Part shown: piece by piece, positions 18,912 through 32,900 of the stretch
Layout of the letters: each line of letters begins with the position of its first letter
How positions within the stretch are numbered: the first letter of the stretch is position 1
IMG/VR virus record: IMGVR_UViG_3300044712_000123
Length of the DNA: 64,000 nt
Reading direction: 5' to 3' (one strand)
Source of the DNA: a virus
Lineage: Duplodnaviria > Heunggongvirae > Uroviricota > Caudoviricetes
The notes under the pieces: model-generated
Told to the model about the DNA's origin: nothing
The model's database searches: none
Seen by the model: the letters and a program-made list of their open reading frames with translations, nothing else
Made by a program: the position numbers and the translations under genes

Positions 18912-20117
18912 TTATCTGATGATTACGGTAGCTTCGATTGTAGCAACGTCATCAGTTGTTTTATTTACCAACGAACGACCTACTACGTTAAATGCATTTG
19001 CTTCACCTGCTGCTGCGCCACGTGCGACACCATTTCCAGCAGAAACTAAGCGTTGACCTTTAGTTACAGGACCAGTTACCTTTACTTTAACTCGACCGAT
19101 CAATGCGATTGCAGGGTGAGTAGAACTGTCACCTGCACCTTCGTTCATCAAGTAAGCGTATGAGTCAGAAACTACACCAAATACTTCAGTACTAGCGTCT
19201 TCTTTGACTGCGGTAACTTCTTTGTCGCCACCGATTTCGACAACTGTGCCTACTTCATACGCTTTGTCAGCTTCATAACGTTCTGCTAAGTCAGCGTATG
19301 TTGCTTGCCAACGTGCTCCGGCACCCAATGTCCAAATACCACTAACGGTTCCTCCACCTGCAATATTAGACGTTGTGATTCTAGCAGGAGCAATGTTACC
19401 AGTAAATTGTGTAACTGCGTTTGCACCTGTTAGATAATCAAATACGTTACCGTTGTTGTATGTACCTGATGGGTTAAAAGCTGCACCGTTAGCATAGTAG
19501 TAACCATCTGTACGAATACCTAAACCAGCACCGGTAATGAACAAGTTACCACCAGTGACAATAAACGCATTACCTGAAGCCGCACCGTTGACTGTCCAAG
19601 AACCAACAATGTTACCAGGGGTAGCAGGGGCACCAGTTGTAATCAGCGTAGTGTTCAATGTACCGATGTTGGCAGATGTAATATCAGCGTTTGCGATTGT
19701 TGCGTTAGCAGTTACTGTGATTAATCGAGTTGAGACGGTGTCTGCTGTGACTCCGTTGACCGCAGAAAGATTGTTTGAAGATACGTTACCTGTAACAGTT
19801 ACTGCACCGAATGTCGTAGTACCACCTGAGCTAGTAGAAGTCAAAGCAAGCCAATTACTTGCAGTAGCACCGTCAACTGGACAGACTTTCAAGATACTAT
19901 TATTAGTATCATACCACAACTGACCACGGATTGGGTTAGAAGGGACATTTCCGTCAGCGAAGTTTTCCAACATGTGTACGAAGTTCGTGTCTAAACTTTG
20001 TCCGTAACCTGCGTAGTTTCTTCCCGGTAATCCTAGGGTAGTACTAGTCGTATTGATAGTACCGTCAGCGATGGTTGTTAGTACTGTACCATCACTTTTT
20101 ACAATTGTATATGCCAT
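18912..20117 (-). CDS. Tail fibre protein with C-terminal intramolecular chaperone (ADLAE autocleavage, peptidase G2-like)
   Basis: N-terminal GRNYAGYG..NFVHMLENFA..GQLWYD anchor; C-terminal YADLAERYEAD..GTVV..GVVS..IALIGRVKVKV. Confidence 0.8.
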   Translation of the reverse strand: MAYTIVKSDGTVLTTIADGTINTTSTTLGLPGRNYAGYGQSLDTNFVHMLENFADGNVPSNPIRGQLWYDTNNSILKVCPVDGATASNWLALTSTSSGGTTTFGAVTVTGNVSSNNLSAVNGVTADTVSTRLITVTANATIANADITSANIGTLNTTLITTGAPATPGNIVGSWTVNGAASGNAFIVTGGNLFITGAGLGIRTDGYYYANGAAFNPSGTYNNGNVFDYLTGANAVTQFTGNIAPARITTSNIAGGGTVSGIWTLGAGARWQATYADLAERYEADKAYEVGTVVEIGGDKEVTAVKEDASTEVFGVVSDSYAYLMNEGAGDSSTHPAIALIGRVKVKVTGPVTKGQRLVSAGNGVARGAAAGEANAFNVVGRSLVNKTTDDVATIEATVIIR

Positions 20118-20140
20118 TCCAAATCTCTCCGATATTGTCT

Positions 20141-20148
20141 TATTTATC
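20141..20148 (-). promoter_or_regulatory. Putative late promoter (GATAAATA)
   Basis: T4 late-promoter-like octamer in the intergenic gap upstream of the tail fibre gene; GGAG RBS follows. Confidence 0.7.
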
Positions 20149-20769
20149 TTAAATTGTCACTAAGTTAGTCAAGCTCTGAATTCTAACTGTGTAATCTATT
20201 TGAATCTGTCTATTCAGTGATTTTTGAACCGGGTGAAAGATCACATGGGTCAACAATCGAGTGATAACAGATCCGTTATTGTCTGTTCCGTAATTTGCCA
20301 ATAATCCTAATTCATCAAACACATAGTTAGAGTCAGTCTGTGTACTATTATCAAATGCTGATTGTCCTGCGGGCTCGCCGTAATCTAACAGACACTGAAC
20401 TAAGATGTCAGTATAAACTTTACCTACTGTGTGAGAAACTGTCATTTTGTTACGAGTAGGGTCTAGGTTAAAAACACTAGTATCATCAACGATCTTAGCG
20501 TATGTTTGATTATATAGTGCTGCGTTTTGTCCTGTAGTATTAGGAGGCAAATACGTGATAACCCCAGTACTATCAACTGATGCTCCACCGTTGCCAAAAG
20601 CCATTTGGTATATTTCACCAAATCCGCGGCTGCTTAGTGTATCTGCGATTGCTTCAGACATGTTTTCGTAGTTGATGGCGTTCTTTTTGTCTACTAGAAC
20701 TTCCCCTGTGTTGGGGTCGTGGATTTTAAGAAAACCTTCAATTTTGTATGTTAATTGTATGCCTGACAT
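20149..20769 (-). CDS. Putative baseplate/virion structural protein
   Basis: KKNAINYENMS, MAFGNGG, FDELGL, LTHVIFHPVQKSLNR; located between baseplate and fibre genes. Confidence 0.7.
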   Translation of the reverse strand: MSGIQLTYKIEGFLKIHDPNTGEVLVDKKNAINYENMSEAIADTLSSRGFGEIYQMAFGNGGASVDSTGVITYLPPNTTGQNAALYNQTYAKIVDDTSVFNLDPTRNKMTVSHTVGKVYTDILVQCLLDYGEPAGQSAFDNSTQTDSNYVFDELGLLANYGTDNNGSVITRLLTHVIFHPVQKSLNRQIQIDYTVRIQSLTNLVTI

Positions 20770-20918
20770 TAGTTATCGCCTCGTTTCTGAACCAGTACTT
20801 CTTTGGTATTGGGATCTGTAATCTTCAAGTGGGAAGAGAAGTAGAAGCCCCCTGTTTCGTTGGGCTTCTTCTCCGATTCTTGCTTCGATTTTACTGATTT
20901 ATCTTCCGTATTATTCAT
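20769..20918 (-). CDS. Small 49-aa protein (not in ORF track)
   Basis: MNNTEDKSVKSKQESEKKPNETGGFYFSSHLKITDPNTKEVLVQKRGDN; fills the gap, TAATG-coupled to the next gene, late motif 5 nt upstream. Confidence 0.8.
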   Translation of the reverse strand: MNNTEDKSVKSKQESEKKPNETGGFYFSSHLKITDPNTKEVLVQKRGDN

Positions 20919-20923
20919 ACATT

Positions 20924-20931
20924 TATTTATC
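20924..20931 (-). promoter_or_regulatory. Putative late promoter (GATAAATA)
   Basis: Octamer 5 nt upstream of the ATG at 20918. Confidence 0.7.
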
Positions 20932-20933
20932 TT

Positions 20934-23900
20934 TTAGTTACTACCGCCATTTAAGAAAATTGCAGCACTAGTATCACTGATCTGTAACGGATCTCCTAGC
21001 GTTGAATTGTAAACAGTTGAATTCCATACTGTCTCGTACTCAACATCTGTCATTCTGTTACTAGATAATAGTCCAAATACCTCAGCATATTTAGGAATTG
21101 ACGACTGTTCACCTGTGCCCAACTGTCCACGTTGTAGTTCAGATAGAACGTTCAATGTCAAATCTGCTTTACCAAATCTGATATATTCCCCGTTCAAGTA
21201 AATCATGTTACCATAAATTACTGTCAGTACTAGGTTATTCCCTACTTGGCCTGAACCAGTGTAGATTACTACTGGGGCAGCGTCAACTAGTGCTAATCGA
21301 TAAGAAATAGATGGTACTTCTGTTCCAGTAGTAGCATTGAATAGATTGACTTGGATAATCAAGTTCTTATCTAACGGGACACCAATAATTAACGGTTCAG
21401 TTGCTGGATTATATCCTACAGGGATAGCAACGGTCTGCTCGTATGTATTTACCAGTCTCTTAGCGTCATTGACATGAATTTGATCCTGAGTATTGTACAA
21501 TGGTTGAGTCAACCAAGTTCTATTCTCGGCATTAGCTCGGTATACTTCACCGTTGCCAGTAGTACTTACATTTAACTGATAGACCATTTCATTTGGAGTT
21601 GCCGAAGGCATCATACTTGTAATGATTACTTCATCGCTGCTACTAATAGGTACTAGAATACTTAGATAGTTGTCAGGGTTCAAACGCAATGCACTTGAAG
21701 GTACACGATATCCGTTAATAGTTACCCATAGACGATCTACGTTATTTTGCTCCCACTGAGTCACATTAATAGAACCACTTCCAGTAGTCAATGCCAACGT
21801 TTCACCATCCGGTTCTGTTGATAATGTAAAGTTTGTACCGTCTACAATTGAATTTACATAGTACACTGTACCTGCAATAAGCCCACCAAATAGCGAGGCT
21901 CCTTCAGAATAACCTTGTTTAGTAAAGATTACAGGTGTATTGTGAATCAATTGAGTTGCATCTGAACAAGTTATTGCATTGGTTACTGATGAGGTTGCTG
22001 TCGCAGTTGCGGCTGCTAAGATATAAGTTCCCCACTTCCATGCATAACCACCTGAGATGTATGATGATATTTCAGTAATTGGAGTATTTGTTGCTCCGTT
22101 CGCTGAGTTATATGCGCTTGCATACAAATCAAATTGAGTAGTAGTGATTTTATGAACATAGTACACTGAGTTGTTCAACTGCACAGAACCCTGAGTACCA
22201 TCTATCATCACAATATCACCAGTTACAAATCCGTTAGCTGCTGATGTAGTAACTCGTACAGCCGGTTGTCCACCTACGTATGCAACCATTAATCCTGAAC
22301 CAGTTGTCAAGTTAATAATTGTACCAGATTGATCCTGAATCGTGAATTGTGTCGAACTAATAATTGCACGAACAAAGTAAACAGTACCATCAGTAGCAAC
22401 ACTACCAAAGCTAGTTCCCTTGAATTCAATTGGTTGCCCAACAATGAATCCAGTAGTACTACCGCATGTAATATACTCAGTTGTACCGTCTGTTGCAGTA
22501 ACTGTAGAAGTAGCGATAGGTGTGCTTAACGCATTGCTTACGTTTACAATCGAAGCAACAATGTTTCCAGTTAAGCCATACTGAGTGTTAAAGTACTGAC
22601 GTTCAGTTCTATTGTATGTTGTAACTACAATTTTAGCATTTAGCGCAGGAGCACTAGTAAACGTAATAGTGTTTGTACCTGCACTAATAGTGTATGTAGA
22701 ACTAGTTTGACGAATACCGTTGATTTCAACAATACTGCTTGTTCTGTTAGTCAATCCAACATAGTTGGTGAACGCAAATACAGTCTGTGATCCAGTACCG
22801 GTGAACAAGTTTACCTCAGGTAATGTGTAACCATACTGTTCAGGAACAGTTTCACCAAACAATGTATATGTCAAGTAATCAGTTGATTGATTATATGGCA
22901 TGACGTATCCAGGATTATTTGGATCATTAACACCAGCAAAGATTATCTTTGCTGTAATAGAATCCTCAACTACCCCAAATGCATAGTCATTAACCACTAC
23001 CATAGCACCGCCTGTTGCGTCATCTAACTGTACAGTAGCACCACCAAGAGTTTCAGAAATAGTAAACTCATTACCATCATAGATAGACTTTAGGTAGTAT
23101 TTCTTCATTGGTTCGATGATGTTGCCAAACATAGTATTACTGAATACTAGCTGGCTTCCTACCACTAATCCGTTGGTTGAGTTACAAGTCACAGTATCTC
23201 TTACACTGTTAGTGCGAGTTATGTTTAACGCACTACCAAATGTCAACTGATTTCCATTGTAGAATGTTATTGGAGTTGACCAAGGTTGACCAATACCAAC
23301 TTGAATAATAACTGTCATTATTCCAGTAGCATCAGACAATTGGAATGTTGGACCTGCAGTGCCGGTGCCGACGTTAAATGTGTCCGAGATAGTAATCTTA
23401 CCAGTAACCAAGCTAATAGTTTTGACATAGTAAGTAACATCTTCTTGAACTCCACCAAACACTCCACCGTAGAACTTGATAGGGCTGTTCAATATGAATT
23501 TACCTATGTTAGTCACTGTAATAGAATCCGGTCCCGCTTCTGTTCGGGTAGCGATAACTTCGATAGGTTCTGAACCAGGACGAACAACACCCGAGCCACT
23601 GAAGATTGGCGCAGAGTAATCACAGTTTACATAAATTTCACTGAACCCTGTAGATGAGTTATCTCTGATAGGATCTGTACTAGTGTTGGCTTTTACTAAT
23701 TGATCCCCGTTACCAGTTTCATAAACATCAACACGAATCTTATTATACCCCAAAGAATACGGAGTAGAATTCATAGTAATTGTCTGTGCTATCCAGTCGA
23801 TAGTATAATCAGTATTTTTGTATAAGGATACACTTAGACCAGTAGTCGCACTAATACCAAATACTGCTAGCTGTGATGGCGTTTCCACTGTGTTAGCCCA

Positions 23901-26900
23901 TGAGAAGATTTTTTGTACAGTATTCTCTACTACAAGTTCAGTAGAAACAACGTTGTATCCAACGTGTGCATATTTAGTAGCAGCCCAGTCAGTACCTGGA
24001 CGTGTCGCAACCGTCATAGTCAATGTATCTGAAACAACACCCGGCACCATTTCTTCTGGACCATAACCTGCAGTAAATGCATCACCTTGAACGTTATACA
24101 CTGTTGGTTCTGTCACGAACAATGTAGATATAGTCCATGTAGATAGATCAGGGCTAGATAACGTGATATTATTTTCACCTACGACCACGAACTCACCTAG
24201 GTCTGCGTTGTATGTGATTGAATTCAAGTTCTCAGTAGTACCACTAGTATAAGTAGTCCAAACATCACCGTTGACTGATGATTGTATAGTTCCGTTGTCA
24301 CCAACAACAACGAATTTGCCTTGGGCATAAATTACATCGTTTAAGTTAGGATTGCCAGTCCCAGCAGCACTTATATTATTCCAGTTGCTTCCGTTTACAC
24401 TCACAAATCGTACAGAGTTATCACCGACGATAATAATCTTGTCAGTGTTACTAGTAACTGCATTTAGTGCATATGAAGTTAGTACATCAAACTGAGGAAC
24501 CCAATTTAAACCGTCTGTGCTAGTGACAATCAAGTTAGTATCAATTGTATTTGATCCTACTACTCGTTGTCCTGCGCCCACTGCAACAAAGCCGTTGTAA
24601 TTTGGAATTGAAACAGAAGTTACTCCATTCAATACTTGAGGCAGATTGCCGTATGCAATACTCAAATCGTATACTTCAGGCCAGAAGAAGAAGTCTGTAC
24701 TTGCGACAATATTTTGTCCAACCGCAACAGCAACCCCATTATAGTATGCTACACTGTTTAATGAAACTGCATCCGTTTTCAAAGCAGAAAGATCGAATCC
24801 AATATCATCAAACGGGATTGCATCATATGGAGTATATTCGGCACCAGAACTTATCCAAACCCAACTAGCGCCGTCTTCACTTAGTAGCAACGGTGTAGAT
24901 GCGTTTGTAGTTGTCATTATATATTTGGTATCATCACCGATACCAACAGTAATAATATCAGTAGGGTTGATAGGTTGATTAGCTATTCTATCAATATTCC
25001 ATAGAGTTGCCGAAGCACTTAATAATACTGCTGAATATGTTGGTGCATTGGCAGCAGCAACATATGTTGTGCCGTCCCAAATTACTGATTTGATATCAAC
25101 TTCTGCTGGATAGAAAGGTTGATCTTGTAAAATAGTATCGATCGGGAACTGTGCATCCGGAGCAAACGCATTACCTAAATAAGTACTGTTTGGATAAGTG
25201 ATTCCTTCAACTAATTGTGTCAAGTCTAAACCAGGCATGTTGATCGTAGGTTGATAGTAACCTACGATTCTATCCAATGCGTTTAATTTGCTACTGCCAC
25301 TATCTAACAGTTCCCATTTACCAAAAATAAAGTCAGTGTCGTTGTTGCTAATCAAGCATTGATATACTCGATTATTGTACTTGACTACACTTCTGTTGAA
25401 GTAGAACGGTTCTGGTAAGAATGCATAATCACCTTGTTTAGCAACAGTACAAGTAACATCATTTGCAGTAATGTTAATCGCAGAACCAGTAGGAGAAGTT
25501 GCAACTTGAATAGTTGCTTCTGGAGACACCGTAGTAGTAATGCCAACAATATAGTAAGTCTGACCAAGAGTCAGTCCGCCGGCAACTGTACCAGTGAATA
25601 CGATTGGATCGTATAACGCAAAGCCTGTGCTATCTGCAATAGTCAATGTATCTGTAGTCAAGTTACTATCAGTAACTAATGTTGAAGTAACGCCTGTATA
25701 TGTCTGGGCTAATGTGATTCCTGAAACAGGTATCGTTAACAAGTTATTTTCATAAACTTCAACTTGGTTGTTAGAAATAACCTTGAGATAGTACTGATTC
25801 ACTGGGCCTGCTGGAGTACCAGCACGAATAACGTTAGTGATTACTCCATTACTATCAATAGAGTTGACAGTCATAGTTAAATCGTTAACTCCAGTAACAC
25901 CACCTAAATACTCACCCAAGATAACAATTGTATTATCGACTGCGTATCCTGAACCACCGTCAACAATGATTACAGAGTAACCACCAATCATGTAACTAAC
26001 ATCGAATACTGTAGTTGTATCTGTAGGGGTTTGTGTCATTGTCACTGGACCCAACTCATAAGATACTGAAACGTCTGCACCACTTGGTGTAGCAGAAACA
26101 GTAATGTACGGTGAACCTTCAGCAATCATACTACCTGATGTTGTAGTAACAGTTACAGGAGTTAGACTAGATGGGGTGTACGCAACTGTGAATTGCGTAG
26201 AACTATTAATAGAGTGTACATAATACTCGTTGTCTAATTCCAAAGTACCTAACGAGATACCAGAAAATACGATTGGCATGCCAACGTATATTCCACTAGT
26301 ATCTGCGCATACTAAATAATTTCCAACACTAGTAGTTCCTGTAATCTCAAGTTGAATACCAGGAACAGATTCAGTAGAACTAATAACACGTCCGGTATAT
26401 TCAGTTACATAATATGTTGTAGCTGCACTCAAACCACCAATAGCAGTATCAAACACTACCGGCATATTTAAATAGAAACCAGAAGTACCGCCGCTTTCAC
26501 TATCTATAGCAATTACATTTGTTGTTGCATCAATAGTGCGTGTTAGATAGTTACCACTAGTACCAGTAACTCCAACATACTCGCCGGATGTACCGTAGAA
26601 TGTCATTTGTTGACCATTGACTTGTCCAGGTGATACTGGTAAACTGACGTTCAATGTCATCTCACCTGTAGCAGTTGTCAAGTTAACAGTGTCTCGTTGA
26701 CTTGTTGCTAACATTTCATTTGAAGAAGCAAAAGTACAAGTACCTGGATTAAAAACACCACCGTTTAGATATGCTGATATCTTGATTGTGTTACCAGACA
26801 AGATGCTTTGAACATAATATCTAGTTCCGGCAACAATGTTGGTAGAACCGGTTGCAGGATTAATATTACTAAAAATCACAGGATCGTTTACTGCCAATGA

Positions 26901-29900
26901 TACAGTTGTATTGCAAGTAACAATACCAGAACTATCAGTTTCGCTCACTGTAAACTTAGTTGGTTGTTCAATCTTGGATATAGTGAAGTTTTGTAAATCA
27001 ATTACGGATGTTACATAGTAATGCTCATTCTCGACAATTCCACCAAAGACATTGCCTGTAAAATACACAGACAAGCCTGTATAGAATCCACGAGTACCAC
27101 CTGTACCACTAGTGTTTAACGGAATAGTTACCGCATTATTTCCTTGGGTTGTTGCGGTTGCCGTAGTAATTCCTGGGTAATCAATTGTCACTACAGCAAC
27201 GTTATTCAACTCACCGGTGTAGCAAATTAATCCAGCGGCACCGATAGTCGATGTTGTTAGTGTTTGAACTGCTCCAGGAACACCATTTGAAATGGTAGCT
27301 GAGACCGTAAATGAAGTCTTGCTATTAACTGTCTTAACGTAGTAAGTTTGACCGCCAACTAGGCCGCCGCTTACTGCCCCAATGAACTTTACCGGCATAC
27401 CAACATAGAAACCTAATGTAGTGTCTAGTAGATTAATATCTGCAACTGACAATGACTGCCAGTTAGTAGGATATACTTTAATTTCATTAGTACCAGTCAC
27501 GTTAGTATTAATAACTGAACGTTCTTGAGAAGACCAAGATAAAGTTTCGCTATTGCTGATATTTTGAATTTCGAATACTGCTCCCATTGCACTTGCTAAG
27601 ATATTGTCAACCGGAGGAGCTGAACTTTCTAACGATATGCTTGAGCTAGAAATTCGACTGCTATTATCATAGTTACCTGCGTAGAAAGAGCTATAGTACT
27701 CACCGCTTAGCCAATCACTAACCTGACTTTGGTAGCTAGTTCTATCAAATTTCATTTTGATTTGATTTTCTCTGATAGGTGCTGCGCTTGAGATGCATGA
27801 CGCAAACGCACCTAAGTTCAACGTTTGGTTTGCACCTGTTCCTGTTGTGAACAGTGTAATTCTTTGGCGATCCAACAGAGCGTTTGCGTAATTAGAATAC
27901 AATGCGATAATAACAGCAGGGTTAGTTTCAAGGACATTAATATAGTATCGTTGTCCGTTTTCCAATCCACCTACTGCAGTGGTATCTGCACCAACCGCGT
28001 ATGTTACTAAATCACCAGTCTGTAGCGTAGGAGCAAACAATTCAATTGTATTTGATGTTGTGCTTACTTTACTGCTATCGAATGTAACCGTAGTAGCTGG
28101 ATCAATAATAATCTTTGGTAATACTGCATATCCTTGACCAGGATCCTCTACTGTAACACTCAACACACTGTCTAAATTCATTACAGCCTTAAGCACAGCA
28201 GGGCGAGTTGGTTCAGGGTAAATTGAAGTATCAATATAAGCAGTAACCTTAGGAGGTTCTGTGTATGCTCGGCCACCGTTTAGCAATAACACTGCAGGTA
28301 GATTGATGGTAATTTCTTCTCCAGGAAGATGTTGTACAATAGCTGTACCGTTAAGACCACGAGTTAATCCACTAAGAACGTTTAACGATCTATCAACATT
28401 AGCATAGCCAATTTGTTCTTCACCGATTGTAATTATGCCGTTAATAGGGAAACCATATGCGTTGTCTACTGCCATTGCAGTTGAGTTCAACGCTACATAT
28501 GATGCTAAAGTTGTTATGCTATAGTTATCAACACCAGTGATACTGACACCATAGTTTTGATACCATTGATTGTACTCGCTTGTCTGCCAGATTGGATCTG
28601 ACGGCAAGTATTGATTATCTGCGCTAGGGTTTGTATACACTAACTCAGGTGTGATGAATTTTTCATAAGTAGAGTTGTACTTTGCAGGCAAGTCAAAATC
28701 AGTAATGTCACCCTCATATACATCGGTTCCGGTGTATTTGTACAAGAACTCTTTAATAACCACATGATATGGCTTGACTTCGTTTAAATAACCTGACAAG
28801 AAATCTTGATTGTCTGATTGGAATACTTCGATTGGTTTTAACTCACGAATAGTGTGGGCAACATCAACGAATGATGTCTTGTTCAACCAAGGTAGATAGT
28901 TCTGTGATTCAATAGTTTCTGACTGAATGTATTCAAACAATAGAATCAACGCTTTATTTCTAAACAAGTCTAAGTTGTTAGGTAATTCTTCGTTGATTGC
29001 TCTAACGATATAACGAGTTTCTTCACTTGGGTAAGTGTCGTATGGGGTGGTATCGAAGAAATTATCGCCGAAACCAAAACGTGCTGTTTGATAATCCCAC
29101 AATGAACTCTTAAACTGAATAGTACCATTAGTTAAACCAATTCTATTCCATTCACCTGTTGACAACAAGATATAAGTCTCTGCGAAGCCATCACCGTTTG
29201 CTAAAACTGTTGCAATAGTTCCTGTAGGAACATTTAGTGCAGCTAAGTCTGCATAGATAGAAACCTGCACTGCTGACTTGGTATTGTCATTGTATCCAGG
29301 CGCCCACCAGTTAACTACATCCCAATATGCGTTTACATCAAAGAACGGTAGAGGTGAACCTAACCAATTTGGGTTGTTAACTGTAGATGGATTAATTTCA
29401 CCTACCTTGTAAACAAAGGTTGAATTGTATGACTCAATGAATGGATATTGAAGAATAACTTCATTTGCATATTGCAAATAGTTTTTCAACGCAGTTAAAC
29501 GATTCACGAAGAAGCTCTGTCGTGGTCTTGTCAACACTCCATACTGTACTGGTTTAGGTAAGTATGGATCAGGAATAACTGAGCCTGCAATGTTTGTGCC
29601 AGATAAACTATCTAGTAACTTGGCGTACAATGATTCAGGCTCAGTGTTTGCTGAGTTTGAAGCAGGCAAGCCTGGCAAGAAATCATCTGCATAATTTGCA
29701 CGAATCAAACTGTACAAACTATGAGGTACATCTTGTGAAGATCCGTTACCATATCCAATGTGAAGAACAGTGTCAGTGTAATTGACATATTCACCTGAAT
29801 TGTACAATCCAAAAACGTTTGGTAGTAATGGAGCAAAATAACTAATACCAGATGAGATCGGATTAGAAATATACTGTTCGATGATACTATCCGCTAAAGT

Positions 29901-32900
29901 TTTTCCTGTCTTAGTGAAGATAATGTTAGTATTACGTACCCAGAAGAAGTACACCGGAGACAAGCCACCAGTTGAGTTAGTTATATATTCAGTTGTGTAT
30001 GAAGTAATGTCATATGGAGTTCCTGGACCTTGGTATGCTGATGGAACTACATTACTACTAATCCAACTGTAAACTGCTACGTCACTACCAGGGAACAATG
30101 TACCCCAGTACTTACTGTTATAGACTACATCATTTTGATGGTAGTTAATGAAACGTGATCTGCTAGTATCAAACCATATTTCACCAACTTTTTCTGCTCC
30201 CCAGATAGAATCTGATGGTAGAGTTCCTGTAGTATTATATGATGCAGGATCAATGTTAGAGACAACATCAATGTTTTCTCTGACGACACCTAGCAACTTA
30301 CCCTGTAGAGGGTCCATGTAGTCTAGATTAACTAGTGTTGAATTAGTTGATGCACTGTACAACTGTACGTTTTGAATTTTAGACGTATCAACTACTGCCG
30401 ATGAGCTTCGATACACTGACCAATCCTGTACGCCAGATGGATTTGAGTAAAATATTACTTGTCCTTTAGTAGTACCAGAAACAAAGTTAGGAGTACCAAT
30501 CATTACGAATGAGTTGTTGAAGTCGATGGCGTGCCCGTACATTGGTTGAGCACCGTTAACATCAGTGTTAGCATTTGTACTCTGTGCATAAACAAACTTA
30601 CCTGGGTTTAGTAAACTCTCATTGTAGTTGGCTAGGTAATCAAACATGTAGACTGCACCAACGTTTGCAATAGTATCAACCCATTGGGTTGCATTGTTGT
30701 CAAATACAGTATCATTGTCAGATTCATCATCCGAGAAATCAAACGTAGTACCAGAATAGCGTGTTCCGCTAGGAGCTGAAGCAACGAAAGATTCAGATTC
30801 GTTGAAACGAACGTTGTATCCAAATTGAGTTGCACCGTCTGCATGTGGGCATTCTACTGTCTGTGTCAATGTTAGGATGTTGATTCCCAATTCTGCTGGG
30901 GTAGCAGAATCTAAAACAGTGATACTTAGTTTGTCATTTGGTGTAGCTAAGTTAATGTCGATTAGTTGAATAATCAACTTACCTGCAATGGCTGCTGCTT
31001 GTACGTTTGTGATACGTGCTGAATTGATTGCAGCAGCCGCAACACTTGCATTCCCTGTAGGAATACTAACAGCGTATCCGTTTAATAGAATCGTGCGAGT
31101 AGTAGTTACGTTACAGTCAGAAGTACCAATAATTACACCGTACTTGTTACCGCCATTTGTAAATCGATATACGGCACCTTCATGGTTGCTGCTAGATAAT
31201 TCAAACGGCGCGCCAATAATGACTTCACTTGTGTATGTAGTAGAATCCATGCTCGTACCAAACTGCACACCGATTCTAGGGGCTGATGGTGAAGTCAACA
31301 CTTGTGACTTAACAAAGTTGTTACCACTAACGTTAATAATGTCACCTGCGTTTAATCCAGAATAAACAGTTAAAGTACTACCAATCGCTGCATAAGCAGA
31401 ATCATCTAGCAATGTGCCATTGACGCTAACATATAGTGGACTTGTCTGTGCATTTACAGTCATTGTACCTGAGCTATTTGTTAGGTTTAAAGTTGATCCA
31501 TTGCGTGTCAATGACAACGTAATAGTTGAACCAACAACAGTCTTGACATAATATACTCTGTTTAATGATACGCCACCAAATACTGTACCAGTGAAAGTAA
31601 TTGCAGTTCCGTTGGCGCCGCCAACTAAATTAGTAACATTATTCAATGTTATTGCATTACTTGTAATGCTTGATGCAGTCTTAGATGCAGTGTTCGATGG
31701 CGTCCATGACAACCCAAATGATTGCGGTGTGTAGATTTGACTAGTATATTGTGCTTCAAAGTTTTGCACTGTTCTTTCGAACATATATGCATAACCCCAG
31801 TTAGAGATAGTGCTATAATCTTGTTGTGGTGCGCCAACAACTACAGTATCACCGAAGTAATCTGTAGTAATAGATGCACCGAAGTTGTCACCCGAAGTTA
31901 AGCCAGATACAGTGAGGCTAGTTGAAAGCTCATATAAACCTGTAATAGATGACTTGCGGTATACATAAACTTTATTCAAATCAGCCGCAGATATATACAA
32001 CCAATTCTTGTCACCGGAAATAGATAAGGCAGTTCCCCATTTAGTAGAACTATCTTCTGCTGGTATTTCTTGAATTAGATTCAATCTGTCAACTAAAGTA
32101 GTTTGCTCTAGTTCGTAAACATACACCTTAGGTGTTCCGCTTGTTGGTTCACTAATAATGAATGAATTATCGCTATATGCGATAGTTGTACCGAACGAAG
32201 CACCTTTAGTTAGGGTTTGATACAACTCATATTCTTTCATCAATGGATTATATGAATAGCGATATACTGCACCTGCCCCGGCATCACCGATTAATCCACC
32301 AACTTTATTAGTGTATGCAACTGAACTACCAAATGAAACTGAACCATCTTTAGTAGTATTGTAATCGAAACCGTAATTTAAACTCTTGCGATAAACAGCC
32401 CATGAACCATCGTTGTTGGTATCGACCCAGACTTTGTTCTTAATGAATTCGCTGTCTAACAGTGGTAAGGTGCTGATATCCGAAGGAGTATTGACACGTT
32501 GAGATTGGAATTTAAATCCAACACCATAGCCGGTTATTGTTGAAACTTGAGGGTTCAAGTTCAATGTGATAATCACTTTATATGGATCTACTACACTTGA
32601 TACAATATAGTAATTGTCAACACGTGCATCAAAATTCACAATAGCGAATGCTTGATATTGAGATAGATTGTGAGCAGAAGCAAAAGTTACTGTTACTGTG
32701 CCGTTTAGATTATTTTTTGCATATACAACTTGTCCCAATGATGTTGGAGTGAATGTTTGCCATGTGCCTAAATAATCAGCTAGCCATACGTAATCTCTCA
32801 CATATAACTCTGATAGTGGTACAACGTTGTTGCTGTTGTCTTTAGCTGTAGGTAAGTTTGCATAATAATATGCAGACATCTTTACGTCATTTAGATTGAC

